DNA from: Candidatus Chisholmbacteria bacterium
GTDB taxonomy: Bacteria > Patescibacteriota > Microgenomatia > UBA1400 > Chisholmbacteraceae
Direction of reading: 5' to 3'
Length of the DNA: 64,000 nt
Assembly: GCA_963704905.1 (NCBI GenBank)
Contig: CAVPHZ010000002.1
Coordinates: 139,011 to 203,010 of the forward strand
Shown here one piece after another: positions 39,560-50,166 of the stretch (position 1 is the first letter of the stretch; the number at the start of each line of letters is the position of its first letter). The notes under the pieces were generated by a model. That model searched no databases. It was given only the letters and a program-made list of their open reading frames with translations, and was not told where the DNA came from. The translations under genes and the position numbers were made by a program.

Positions 39560-39660
39560 GGCCTAAAGTCAAGTGGCTCAGGACAACAGGTTTTCATCCT
39601 GAAAATCAGGGTTCGTTTATCCTGATAGCCATTGAAAAGATTCTCTGTTTTGTCCAGTAA
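39560..39660 (+). pseudogene. Decayed tRNA-Glu(TTC)-like copy (R2) with no pairing acceptor stem
   Basis: ggcctaaagtcaagTGGCTCAGGACAaCAGGTTTTCATCCTGAAAATCAGGGTTCGtttatCCTGatagcc.. keeps the D loop, an anticodon arm identical to tRNA-Glu, and the same variant 8-nt T loop as R1. The 3' side diverges and then aligns with the R1 tail at about 22/32. Confidence 0.5.
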
Positions 39661-40073
39661 ATGATCAAAATGATGTAGATGATGATCATCCGATTAGAAA
39701 TATTACACTAAATGTACGTGATTTAAAAAAAGATATTGCACATGTTGCATCAGTATCAACTCGCCCGCAACTTTTAGTTAGAGTGGCTGAAAGAGTCCTT
39801 CAGCAAATTGACGAGGATAATGAAGATTTAGTTGATCAAAGTGGAACAGGTATTCGAGCGAAAATTGATAGTAAGAGCATTACGTGGGCGTTAAGAAAAA
39901 ATCAAATACTACCTTGTTCAACCGCTAATCGACCGGTCTTCAAGAAGATCTAATCCATTTCACCACCCACAATGCTATGACCAACAACTCCTACACTTTT
40001 TTCTTCATTTGGGCGAGTTATAAACAAATGATGAAAATTGTTCCAACGAGACGCTTAATAAGTGCTTGCGTTT

Positions 40074-40607
40074 CTAATCCTCTGGAGGAGGCGGAAGATG
40101 CTCCTCACCCGTGTCTTGGTTGGCTGGTATCGCTTGTAGCCATTCAACGTAGGTGCAGCCAGTGGCCTTCTTTGCCTCTCTATCCCAGCCCGAAGTTGAG
40201 CATTTCTTCATCTTTTTTCCCTTGACAGTAGTGTAGAGCACCAGTTTCTCACCGCATTCTGGACAATCTTCATCAAGCTGTTCGGTTACCCCGGTAAGCC
40301 ATTCAACGTATTCGCAACCGGTAGGTTTTTTGAGCTTAGCATCCCATCCTCCTTTGCTGCACTTCTTCATCTTTTTTCCGAACCTGGTTACCTGCAACAC
40401 TAGAGGTGATCCACACGTTGGGCATTTTTCATCAAGCTCCTTCGGTTCTGGAATAATCCATTTGACATAATCGCAACCTTCACTCTGGCGAGTTTCCGAA
40501 TTCCAAGAACCTGTACTACACCGTTGTAATTGTTTTCCTGTAGGGGTTTCAGTTATTTCACCTAAAGGTGCGCCACACTTTGGACATGTTTCATCGGCTT
40601 TATCCAT
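40074..40607 (-). CDS. Protein made of three tandem topoisomerase-type C4 zinc-ribbon repeats
   Basis: Three repeats of about 55 aa, CP(K/T/E)CG(A/S/E)xL......GKxxxxCS.GxW.........GC.YVxW, matching the zf-C4_Topoisom pattern. RBS AAGGATA upstream. Acidic, proline-rich C-terminus. Confidence 0.7.
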   Translation of the reverse strand: MDKADETCPKCGAPLGEITETPTGKQLQRCSTGSWNSETRQSEGCDYVKWIIPEPKELDEKCPTCGSPLVLQVTRFGKKMKKCSKGGWDAKLKKPTGCEYVEWLTGVTEQLDEDCPECGEKLVLYTTVKGKKMKKCSTSGWDREAKKATGCTYVEWLQAIPANQDTGEEHLPPPPED

Positions 40608-40748
40608 TCAGGTATCCTTTCATATTATTGCTAAAGTTAAAACAGAATGTAGTTGCTTATCATCAAAACTTGGAAGTAAGCAATAGTAGTTTATATTAAC
40701 TTACCTCAAAAATATTTTACAATCTTCAGGTAAATGCTCAAACGAGTG

Positions 40749-41315
40749 TTAGACCGGAAGAATAGTTTTCTTATAAACATCGTTTAAGACTAACGCAATT
40801 GACGTGTACATTGCCAGCAAGCCACACACGATCCCTTCTAGACCAGCAACTGTTTTCAATACTGCACTTCCGGTGATGTCAGCTGCAGCCAGTAAAAAGA
40901 AGAGCACTGTAAGAGTGGCAAATATGAACTGAAGTGATCGATGAAGTTTCAACGTTCCGATGAAGAGTCCGAGTGTCAATAGTCCCCAGACAAATAAATA
41001 CAAGCTCATTGCCAATGGCGTGGGAGCCTCAACGAATCCAAGCAAAGGCAGCATAACGAGCATAACGAGCGAAAGCCAGAATAAACCATAGGAAATAAAC
41101 GCAGTCGTTCCAAAGGTATTTCCCTTTTTCCACTCCATAACTCCTGCAATGACTTGTGCGATGCCGCCATAGAAGAATCCTATAGCCAAAATCATAGAGC
41201 CAATCGGAAACAATCCAATGTTATGAATATTAAGTAAAACCGTCGTCATCCCAAATGCCATGAGGCCCAATGGCGCTGGATTAGCAGTTTGATCAGTCAA
41301 CAGCTCGTGTTCCAT
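40749..41315 (-). CDS. GPR1/FUN34/YaaH (SatP) family acetate/succinate transporter-like membrane protein
   Basis: N-terminal family signature NPAPLGLMAFGMTTVLL and six TM helices. Confidence 0.8.
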   Translation of the reverse strand: MEHELLTDQTANPAPLGLMAFGMTTVLLNIHNIGLFPIGSMILAIGFFYGGIAQVIAGVMEWKKGNTFGTTAFISYGLFWLSLVMLVMLPLLGFVEAPTPLAMSLYLFVWGLLTLGLFIGTLKLHRSLQFIFATLTVLFFLLAAADITGSAVLKTVAGLEGIVCGLLAMYTSIALVLNDVYKKTILPV

Positions 41316-41526
41316 CTATTAAGTATAGCGAATTCATAGATTTCAAATCAATTTGCAATATTTAATATTTTTGATATAGTATTGGTGTTATTTCTTGAGA
41401 AATATTTGGATTGCTATCATAAGTGATTTTCTAATTGATCTTCTGTGGTTTTCTTTAAATTTCCCTAGAAGCAAATAGACAGATCCAAAAGCAGTGTCTC
41501 ATAAAAATGAACTTCAGGTGAAAAAA

Positions 41527-41775
41527 ATGGCTACCAAGCTATACGTTGGTAAATTAGACTATGGAATAACCAGCGATCAGATGGAATAACTCTTTTCATA
41601 ATCTGGAAAAGTTGTCGAAGCAAATGTAATTAGTAACCGCTTTTCAGGTCGATCAAAGGGTTTTGGTTTTGTTGAAATGAGCAGTGATGATGAGGCGAAT
41701 GCAGCAATTGAGATGTTAAACGATAAAGATATAGAAGGAAGAAGCCTAGTCGTAAACGAGGCAAAACCGAAATGA
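41527..41775 (+). pseudogene. Paralogous RRM RNA-binding protein gene inactivated by two in-frame TAA codons
   Basis: MATKLYVGKLDYGITSDQME*LFS*SGKVVEANVISNRFSGRSKGFGFVEMSSDDEANAAIEMLNDKDIEGRSLVVNEAKPK*. Same frame and length as 38931-39260; the stops at 41587 and 41599 replace GAA and CAA of the intact copy. The roughly 150-nt leader is also duplicated, 41380-41526 against 38785-38930. Confidence 0.7.
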
Positions 41776-41857
41776 GAGTCTAATTTCAGACCGAATCAGC
41801 AGCCTCGACACTAAACTGAAAATAATGTATATACAATAGAAAACGGAGTGGTGTTCA

Positions 41858-42364
41858 ATGGCAAAAAGTAATGAATTTAAAGTCGGGGATATGATAGTGA
41901 AATTTGGTGAGTTGTGCAAAATTGTCAAAGTCGAGAAAAGAAAAAAGGATACTGACAAACTCGAGCTCATTTTGCATTACAAGCCACATTATGCCGTCGA
42001 TCACGGTAATGATGTGATGTATTCGATCCCGGTAAAAAATATTTCCCTGACTTCGATACGAAAACCGATTTCTGATACGCAGCTGCAGGATTTACTGAAA
42101 AGTCTTTCAAAAACCATTGAGACGGATTCTTCAACCAACATCTTTGATTACCAACAAACCTTTAATTCAAACAATCCACACGAATTAGCAGAGACACTAA
42201 AAAGAATTTGGGTTGAAAAACAGGAAAGTAAAGCCGAAATAAGTAAAGCAAAAGATGATCTGTTTAAGGCAGCCTTGAAAATATTAGTGGAAGAAGTTGC
42301 CTACTTAAAAAATACTTCAGTTGACGAAGCAAAAAAAATAATAACCAGAGCCTTAAAAAAGTAG
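41858..42364 (+). CDS. CarD/CdnL-family RNA-polymerase-binding transcription factor-like protein
   Basis: N-terminus FKVGDMIVKFGELCKIVKVEKR...LELILHY has a Tudor-like RNAP-interacting-domain pattern, and the C-terminus is helical. About 168 aa, as for CdnL. The assignment rests on pattern only. Confidence 0.5.
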   Translation: MAKSNEFKVGDMIVKFGELCKIVKVEKRKKDTDKLELILHYKPHYAVDHGNDVMYSIPVKNISLTSIRKPISDTQLQDLLKSLSKTIETDSSTNIFDYQQTFNSNNPHELAETLKRIWVEKQESKAEISKAKDDLFKAALKILVEEVAYLKNTSVDEAKKIITRALKK

Positions 42365-42477
42365 ATTTAAATCGAATAGTAACATAAACAGAGAGTTGTT
42401 GACCAAGTATTATGAACGATAGTGTAAAATGTAATTCATGTCGGTTTTTAGTAGATGTATTCTGAATATTGAACTCT

Positions 42478-42945
42478 ATGAAAGACAAAGAAAAAGAAAC
42501 AGCTGAAACTTCAGAGAAAGTAAAAGTAGGAAAAGTCTCAAAACTTCGAAGAAGCAAAAACACCAGACTCATCGTGATCGTGATGCTCATGGCGATTGTC
42601 GCTGCGCTCTTCTTCTTCTGGGGTAAAGCCAGAATTTGGCTGGTTGGAATCTTTATCGTTTTAATAGCAGCTCTTGGCCTGGAAGTGTCAAATACAGATT
42701 TTGATCTCAAAAAGCTTATTGAAACGCGATCACTGAATGAATCTAAAATAGAAAAGAATGAATCCGGTAACTGGCTTATTGATGATGAGCGCTGTCAAAA
42801 AGAATCTTTAAATTGCGATAATTTTGAATATCAAGAAGATGCGCAAGAGATGTTTGAATACTGCGGCGGGCCAGAAAATGATATTCATAGACTCGATGGC
42901 GACAACGACGGTTTAGTCTGCGAAGCACTTCCTTCAAATCAGTAA
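42478..42945 (+). CDS. Membrane protein with a C-terminal Excalibur calcium-binding domain
   Basis: Two TM helices, then CDNFEYQEDAQEMFEYCGGPENDIHRLDGDNDGLVCEALP, matching the Excalibur consensus C..F..Q.EAQ..F...GGP..D...LDRD.DG.ACE.LP. ATG 42478 is preferred over the track's TTG 42469. Confidence 0.7.
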   Translation: MKDKEKETAETSEKVKVGKVSKLRRSKNTRLIVIVMLMAIVAALFFFWGKARIWLVGIFIVLIAALGLEVSNTDFDLKKLIETRSLNESKIEKNESGNWLIDDERCQKESLNCDNFEYQEDAQEMFEYCGGPENDIHRLDGDNDGLVCEALPSNQ

Positions 42946-42997
42946 CCTATCTTCTCAATACTTCAACTCTTCAGGAGAAATTGTGTAAAATAGCACA

Positions 42998-43849
42998 ATG
43001 GATAAAAAACGGAAGAAAATAAGTAAATCAACCATTATCGATAGAGCATTTGCTTCCTGGATAAAAAAAGATCCCCTCGTTCGGATAGTAGTGAGCAATA
43101 ATGACGCAGTTCGTCGGGATATAATGTTGAATCTGCTTGGAGAGGAGGCTGTGAGACATCACTTTAAAAAATTTCCTCCTCGAAAACCTGGTCAGGGTCC
43201 AATCTACCCAAGTATTGTTCGCGACGAAGTTCAAAAAAATCTCCTGGACGTTACCCTGCGAACATCCTTAATCAGGAAGCTTATTTATTGGGCAACCGAT
43301 CGGGAAGTAAATAATCGATTTATTGATAGTCACCTTGCACGAATTCAAATAGTCCAAAATCTCCTCGGACCTATCTTTTTTCACAGTACCCTGAAACAAG
43401 AAGGTATTATCTTGAAAGGATTAAAGTTCATGTTAGTAAAGAAAAATACATCAATAGGAAAACCAGGTGAGCAGTCGGTAGATGTGCATAATATACTCTT
43501 GGCGAGAATTTCTGAGATGTTGATCCATAATCAAAAAGTAATTATCAACAAGGCGGTTAGTGAGGCAGAAGAACGAATGCGTGCGCATCTCATGAAACAG
43601 ATTCAAGAAATGAGAGGAAAGAAAAGTTCATCTCAATATACTGGACCTGATATGAAAAAAAGTGTTAATACAATCATAAAAGAGAAATTTCCCTTAAAAG
43701 AAGAATCGAGAAAACATCTAGAGGATATGTTGGAGTATTACGCAGAATGTAACTGGCCGGAAATTAAACGACAAGCAGAACAAACCAAACTGAAGATGTT
43801 GGACATTAGAAAACCGCTCACCTTGACATCGCAAGAGGGGACAAGATAA
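42998..43849 (+). CDS. Hypothetical protein (283 aa, soluble, basic), upstream of the ATP synthase operon
   Basis: Long ORF with an ATG start and a good codon-usage match. No motif recognised. Confidence 0.4.
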   Translation: MDKKRKKISKSTIIDRAFASWIKKDPLVRIVVSNNDAVRRDIMLNLLGEEAVRHHFKKFPPRKPGQGPIYPSIVRDEVQKNLLDVTLRTSLIRKLIYWATDREVNNRFIDSHLARIQIVQNLLGPIFFHSTLKQEGIILKGLKFMLVKKNTSIGKPGEQSVDVHNILLARISEMLIHNQKVIINKAVSEAEERMRAHLMKQIQEMRGKKSSSQYTGPDMKKSVNTIIKEKFPLKEESRKHLEDMLEYYAECNWPEIKRQAEQTKLKMLDIRKPLTLTSQEGTR

Positions 43850-43865
43850 AATAAGCCCGAAAATC

Positions 43866-44771
43866 ATGGCGAACATACATGTTTCGATATCGGCGGAGCC
43901 GATTTTTCATTTAGGGAGTATCGAGGTTACTAACTCTATGCTTACCGGTACAGCAGTAAGCATTCTTCTTATTGTTACTGCCATCCTCGTTGGAAAAAAT
44001 CTTAAAAAAACCAGGGCACCGAAAGGTGCCCAAAATATTGTTGAACTTGTGATAGAGGGCCTTCTCAACTTGATGATTGGTATAGCTGGAGAAAAGAAAG
44101 CCAAAGAATTTTTTCCGGTCATATCCACACTTTTTCTCTACATTCTTATTTCTAACTGGACGAGTTTGTTACCCGGAGTAGGTACTGTAGGGATCACGAA
44201 AACAAGTGCAATCGAACCAGATAATTCTACTGAATCGCTTCTTGATACCAATCAAATCATTCCCGTGGAAGAAGGAGAACTTGCGCCAGATGCGGGAGAA
44301 ATTATTGAAACTCCTGAAGAAATGAAAATTGAAGAAGAAGTTAATCAGCATTCCGCTAAGACGGAAGAAGCCTTTATTCCCTTCGTCAGGCCACCTTCGG
44401 CCGATCTCAACGCAACCATCGGTTTGGCTCTGATCTCTGTTATTGGGTCACAAATCATCGGCTATAAATATTTAAAAATGAGTTACTTTACCAAATTCTT
44501 TAACTTCAAAAACCCTGGGAAATTTGTTTTAGGTATTCTAGAGCTGACTTCTGAAATTAGTAGAATTATCTCGTTTGCTTTTCGTCTATTTGGAAACATT
44601 TTTGCTGGAGAAGTATTATTATCAGTAAGTTTAGCACTCCTGCCATTCCTAGCTCCCCTTCCCTTTTTGGGGCTTGAGATTTTTGTTGGTGCAATTCAAG
44701 CTTTAGTATTTGCAATACTGACATTAGTATTCTGGCAAATGGCAACGGTGCCACATAATGAACAGCACTAG
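43866..44771 (+). CDS. atpB: F0F1 ATP synthase subunit a, with an acidic insertion of about 60 aa
   Basis: NWTSLLPGVG...VRPPSADLNATIGLALISVI...FRLFGNIFAGEVLL (the essential Arg region)...LEIFVGAIQALVFAILT. An E/D-rich insertion at residues about 110-170 (TKTSAIEPDNSTESLL..EEMKIEEEVNQ). Confidence 0.9.
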   Translation: MANIHVSISAEPIFHLGSIEVTNSMLTGTAVSILLIVTAILVGKNLKKTRAPKGAQNIVELVIEGLLNLMIGIAGEKKAKEFFPVISTLFLYILISNWTSLLPGVGTVGITKTSAIEPDNSTESLLDTNQIIPVEEGELAPDAGEIIETPEEMKIEEEVNQHSAKTEEAFIPFVRPPSADLNATIGLALISVIGSQIIGYKYLKMSYFTKFFNFKNPGKFVLGILELTSEISRIISFAFRLFGNIFAGEVLLSVSLALLPFLAPLPFLGLEIFVGAIQALVFAILTLVFWQMATVPHNEQH

Positions 44772-44789
44772 GTAAGGAGGTGAAGAGAA

Positions 44790-45005
44790 ATGAATGATAA
44801 TTTTGTCGTAGGTTTCACTATCGCTGTAGGCGGTTTAGGCCCTGCAATTGCAATAGGTCTAATTGTATCGAAGGCACTGGAGGCGCTTGGAAGAAATCCA
44901 GAGGCAGCAGCGCGAGTGCAAACAGTCATGATTTTGGGGATTGCGTTTGCAGAAGCAATCGCTATTTATTCACTTGTTGTCGCACTCATTCTACAATTTA
45001 CTTAA
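44790..45005 (+). CDS. atpE: F0F1 ATP synthase subunit c
   Basis: RBS AAGGAGGTGA. Hairpin proteolipid GLGPAIAIGLIV....ARVQTVMILGIAFAEAIAIYSLVVALIL. Confidence 0.9.
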   Translation: MNDNFVVGFTIAVGGLGPAIAIGLIVSKALEALGRNPEAAARVQTVMILGIAFAEAIAIYSLVVALILQFT

Positions 45006-45022
45006 AAATTTGGTAAAGCTAT

Positions 45023-45514
45023 ATGAATATAAACGCAATTCAAATTTTATTTCAAATTGTTAATTTCTTTATTCTTCTGTTTCTAATGAAGAAATATCTG
45101 TATGGACCGATCATGAAGATATTAGAAATGCGCTCGAAGAAGATTGAAGCTGGTTTAGAGGCTGCTGAGAAGAGCATTGAGGAGCAGGATAAAATTGAAA
45201 AGAAGCGCAAACGCATAATTGTTGAAGCAGAGAAAAATGCAACTCAAATCTTAGAAGGTGCACGAGTAAGAGCCAAGAAGGTAGAGAAAGAGTTGCAGCA
45301 AAAAGCTGAATTAGAAATTGAAAAGAAACGAAAGAAGGCAGAGGAGCATGTAGTGAATCAAGTAAGTCAGATGAAACTGGAACTTCAAAAGAACTTTTCA
45401 AATTCGGTAGTAACCACAACTGAGGCGCTTTTAAAAGAATCTCTTTCTCCGAAATTACAGCAAGAGATCATTAAAAAGCAAACTACACAGCTAAAAGAAA
45501 TGAAATTTTCTTAA
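45023..45514 (+). CDS. atpF: F0F1 ATP synthase subunit b
   Basis: N-terminal TM (ILFQIVNFFILLFLM), then a long charged helix typical of subunit b. Operon position. Confidence 0.7.
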   Translation: MNINAIQILFQIVNFFILLFLMKKYLYGPIMKILEMRSKKIEAGLEAAEKSIEEQDKIEKKRKRIIVEAEKNATQILEGARVRAKKVEKELQQKAELEIEKKRKKAEEHVVNQVSQMKLELQKNFSNSVVTTTEALLKESLSPKLQQEIIKKQTTQLKEMKFS

Positions 45515-45535
45515 CGACTTTTTTGCCAAGGAAAG

Positions 45536-45772
45536 ATGAAAAAAACCAAAACAACGAATGAGGCGCTTGTTATTACTGCTGTTAAACTCACTGCCGATCA
45601 ACAACGCCAAATCCAAACTATACTCGAGAATAAAATCAATAAAGAATTGAGGATAAAGTGTCGAGTGGATAAAGATGTTATTGGAGGAATGTATATCCGT
45701 ATCGGTGATACTGTGATTAATGGAACGTTACAAAATAAGATAAATAAATTAAAGGAAAAATTCCAAACCTAA
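45536..45772 (+). CDS. atpH: F0F1 ATP synthase subunit delta, C-terminal domain only (78 aa)
   Basis: [31 protein letters not shown] matches the OSCP/delta C-terminal pattern (LIGG..vr.gd..iDgSv...L..L). The N-terminal alpha-binding domain is absent. Operon position. Confidence 0.55.
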   Translation: MKKTKTTNEALVITAVKLTADQQRQIQTILENKINKELRIKCRVDKDVIGGMYIRIGDTVINGTLQNKINKLKEKFQT

Positions 45773-45773
45773 A

Positions 45774-47321
45774 ATGTCAAAGGCAACTGGAGACGTAAAC
45801 TTAATCTTGAAAAGTATTTCTCAAGCCATAAATGAGATTCAAAAAACTGAATCTCATCTCCGTACAGAGTCTATTGGAAGAGTGAAAGAAACTGGTGATG
45901 GTATTGCGCTAATCTCAGGTTTACGGAATATTAAATATAATGAACTTCTTCTCTTTCCCGGGGGAATACTTGGGCTTGCCATGAACCTCGAGCATGATCA
46001 AATCGGTGTAATTCTCCTTGATAAAAGTGATCACATTAAACAAGGTGATATCGTGCGGTCCACAGGTAGGCTGTTGGAAATTCCGGTTGGGGAGCAATAC
46101 ATTGGTAGGGTTATTGATCCGCTTGGAAGACCGTTGGATGGAAAACCAACGGTTGAAGCGAAAGAATTCTATCCTCTTGAGCGTATTGCACCAGGTGTTG
46201 TGCAGCGAGAGCAAGTAAACTCTCCATTGCAGACAGGTATCAAAGCCATCGACAGCATGATTCCTGTCGGGAGAGGTCAACGTGAGCTGATCATTGGCGA
46301 TCGTGGAACAGGGAAATCTTCAGTAGCAATAACTACGGTGATGAATCAAAGAGATTCAGATGTGACTTGTATCTATGTAACAATTGGCCAAAAAGCTTCG
46401 TTTGTCGCCAGACTTATATCACTATTTGAAGAATTTGATTGCCTGGATCATACGATTATTGTTGCCGCAACTGCGTCCGATCCAGCCACGCTACAATACA
46501 TTGCTCCATATGCTGGATGTGCTATTGGTGAGTACTTTGCATATAACGGTAAGGATGCACTTATTGTATACGATGATCTGAGTAAACATGCCTGGGCATA
46601 TCGAGAGGTTTCTCTGCTTTTACAAAGACCTACTGGAAGAGAAGCCTATCCTGGTGATATTTTTTACTTACACTCGCGGCTCCTTGAACGTTCAATTAAA
46701 CTCAATAAAAAGCTTGGTGGAGGCTCACTCACTGCACTACCGATCATCGAAACGCAAGCCGGTGACTTATCTGCGTATATTCCGACTAATGTCATCTCAA
46801 TAACAGATGGCCAGATTTATCTTGAGCCAGATTTATTCCATGCCGGTATTAGACCGGCAATAAATGTTGGCTTATCAGTCTCGCGTGTTGGAGGATCAGC
46901 CCAAGCCAAGGCGATGAAAAAGGTCGCCGGAAAATTGAGATTGGATCTTGCTCAATATAGAGATCTTGCTGCATTTGCCCAGTTTAGTTCAGACTTGGAC
47001 GAGCAGACACAAAAACAACTAGAGCGAGGCGCTCGACTAAACGAAATTCTAAAACAGAGTTGGGATGAACCGGTAGCTCTTGAAAATCAAGTAATTATTA
47101 TTTGGGCAGGAACCAACGGATATCTTGATGAAATAAAAAAAGACATGGTCAAAGATTGGGAACAACGCTTTTTGCTCTATATTGAGACCTCGTATCCACA
47201 TATCTTGATAGAGATTAAAGAAAAAAAAGAAATGTCTAAAGACTTGGAAGAAGATCTTATTAAAGCAGCAGTAACGTTTAATGAAATAAATCCACAACTG
47301 CAAATCGACGAGGAGATGTAA
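45774..47321 (+). CDS. atpA: F0F1 ATP synthase subunit alpha
   Basis: Walker [16 protein letters not shown], and alpha-type C-terminus. Confidence 0.95.
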   Translation: MSKATGDVNLILKSISQAINEIQKTESHLRTESIGRVKETGDGIALISGLRNIKYNELLLFPGGILGLAMNLEHDQIGVILLDKSDHIKQGDIVRSTGRLLEIPVGEQYIGRVIDPLGRPLDGKPTVEAKEFYPLERIAPGVVQREQVNSPLQTGIKAIDSMIPVGRGQRELIIGDRGTGKSSVAITTVMNQRDSDVTCIYVTIGQKASFVARLISLFEEFDCLDHTIIVAATASDPATLQYIAPYAGCAIGEYFAYNGKDALIVYDDLSKHAWAYREVSLLLQRPTGREAYPGDIFYLHSRLLERSIKLNKKLGGGSLTALPIIETQAGDLSAYIPTNVISITDGQIYLEPDLFHAGIRPAINVGLSVSRVGGSAQAKAMKKVAGKLRLDLAQYRDLAAFAQFSSDLDEQTQKQLERGARLNEILKQSWDEPVALENQVIIIWAGTNGYLDEIKKDMVKDWEQRFLLYIETSYPHILIEIKEKKEMSKDLEEDLIKAAVTFNEINPQLQIDEEM

Positions 47322-47324
47322 TCT

Positions 47325-48227
47325 ATGAGTCAGTCATTAAAAATAGTGAAACGAAGAATACGTTCGGCAAAAAATATCAAGCAAATTACCAAAGCAATGG
47401 AAATGGTATCGGCATCAAAAATGCGAAGATCTCAAGAAAATGCGCTCTCTACCAGACCGTATTCTACCAAGCTCAAGGAAGTACTCTCTGAGCTTGCTTC
47501 TCAAACGAAAACTGATATTCACCCTATGCTTAAGACCCCCGACACTACAAAAGGTGTCGTTGGAATAATACTTGTTTCATCTGATCGGGGTTTATGTGGT
47601 GCACTCAATTCAAATTTGTTTCGGGCAACCGAAGAGTTCCTCGATACACTCGGTCAGGAGAGGCCCGAAGAGATAGTGTCGTTTGAATTTATCGCAGTAG
47701 GGAAAAAAGCCAGAGAGTTTGTTTTAAAAACTGGACGTACGCTGCATGCAGAGTTTACTAATATTCAAGAAAGTCCAAAATTTGAAGATGTTCTTCCTAT
47801 TACACATCTTGCTATAGAGGGTTTCAGTCATGGAAGATATAAAGAAATATTTATTGTCTATACAGACTTTATCTCAACCTTAAGGCAAGAGGTAAATTCT
47901 CTACGACTCCTTCCAGTGGAGACGAGAAAATTAGAAGAAGTGCAAAGAGATGATCCTAACCGTCCATACAGAGAATACATCTTCGAACCGGATATTGATG
48001 TTGTCATTGATCAGATTCTTCCGCATTACATTGAAATACAAACCTACCAAACAATCTTGGAAGCGCTTGCATCCGAACACAGTGCTCGTATGGTAGCCAT
48101 GCGTAATGCGAGTGAAAATGCGACTGAGATTATTGTCGATCTGACTCTGGCATATAACAAGCAGCGACAGCAATCAATTACAAATGAATTATCAGATCTT
48201 ATTACATCAAGAATTGCGGTGTCGTAA
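47325..48227 (+). CDS. atpG: F0F1 ATP synthase subunit gamma
   Basis: N-terminal IKRRIRSAKNIKQITKAMEMVSASKMRR and C-terminal ..ITNELSDLITSRIAV. Confidence 0.9.
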   Translation: MSQSLKIVKRRIRSAKNIKQITKAMEMVSASKMRRSQENALSTRPYSTKLKEVLSELASQTKTDIHPMLKTPDTTKGVVGIILVSSDRGLCGALNSNLFRATEEFLDTLGQERPEEIVSFEFIAVGKKAREFVLKTGRTLHAEFTNIQESPKFEDVLPITHLAIEGFSHGRYKEIFIVYTDFISTLRQEVNSLRLLPVETRKLEEVQRDDPNRPYREYIFEPDIDVVIDQILPHYIEIQTYQTILEALASEHSARMVAMRNASENATEIIVDLTLAYNKQRQQSITNELSDLITSRIAVS

Positions 48228-48287
48228 TCATGTTTACATTGAGGAGCTTAGCGACGTTCACTCTAATGAGCAAATCGGAGAAATAAA

Positions 48288-50158
<1,871 letters not shown>

Positions 50159-50166
50159 GGAGGCGT

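Noticed and set aside
39977-40225. Plus-strand ORF of 82 aa opposite the zinc-ribbon gene. The same reasoning covers the many short antisense or embedded track ORFs inside dnaE, pyrG, atpA, atpD, ppsA, eno and others.
   Set aside because: These lie wholly inside or antisense to long, well-supported genes. They have no RBS, and their low-complexity translations (for example 51178-51657 antisense to ruvA) are typical shadow ORFs.
40074-40607. Periodic DNA repeats in this interval, which could suggest a CRISPR-like array.
   Set aside because: The periodicity is the three coding repeats of a zinc-ribbon protein: long, in frame, and with no spacer/repeat architecture. No CRISPR array or cas genes were seen anywhere in the window.
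41587-41601. Possible stop-codon recoding (TAA read through) in the second RRM copy, or UGA reassignment as in some CPR lineages.
   Set aside because: Many full-length genes here terminate at TAA, TAG and TGA at the expected lengths, often in ATGA overlaps (for example 3271, 4809, 7275, 8393, 21451). This fits the standard code 11, so the two TAA codons are best read as pseudogenising mutations.
45111-45419. Track ORF of 102 aa antisense to atpF.
   Set aside because: It is an antisense shadow of the lysine- and glutamate-rich atpF coding sequence, with a low-complexity translation.
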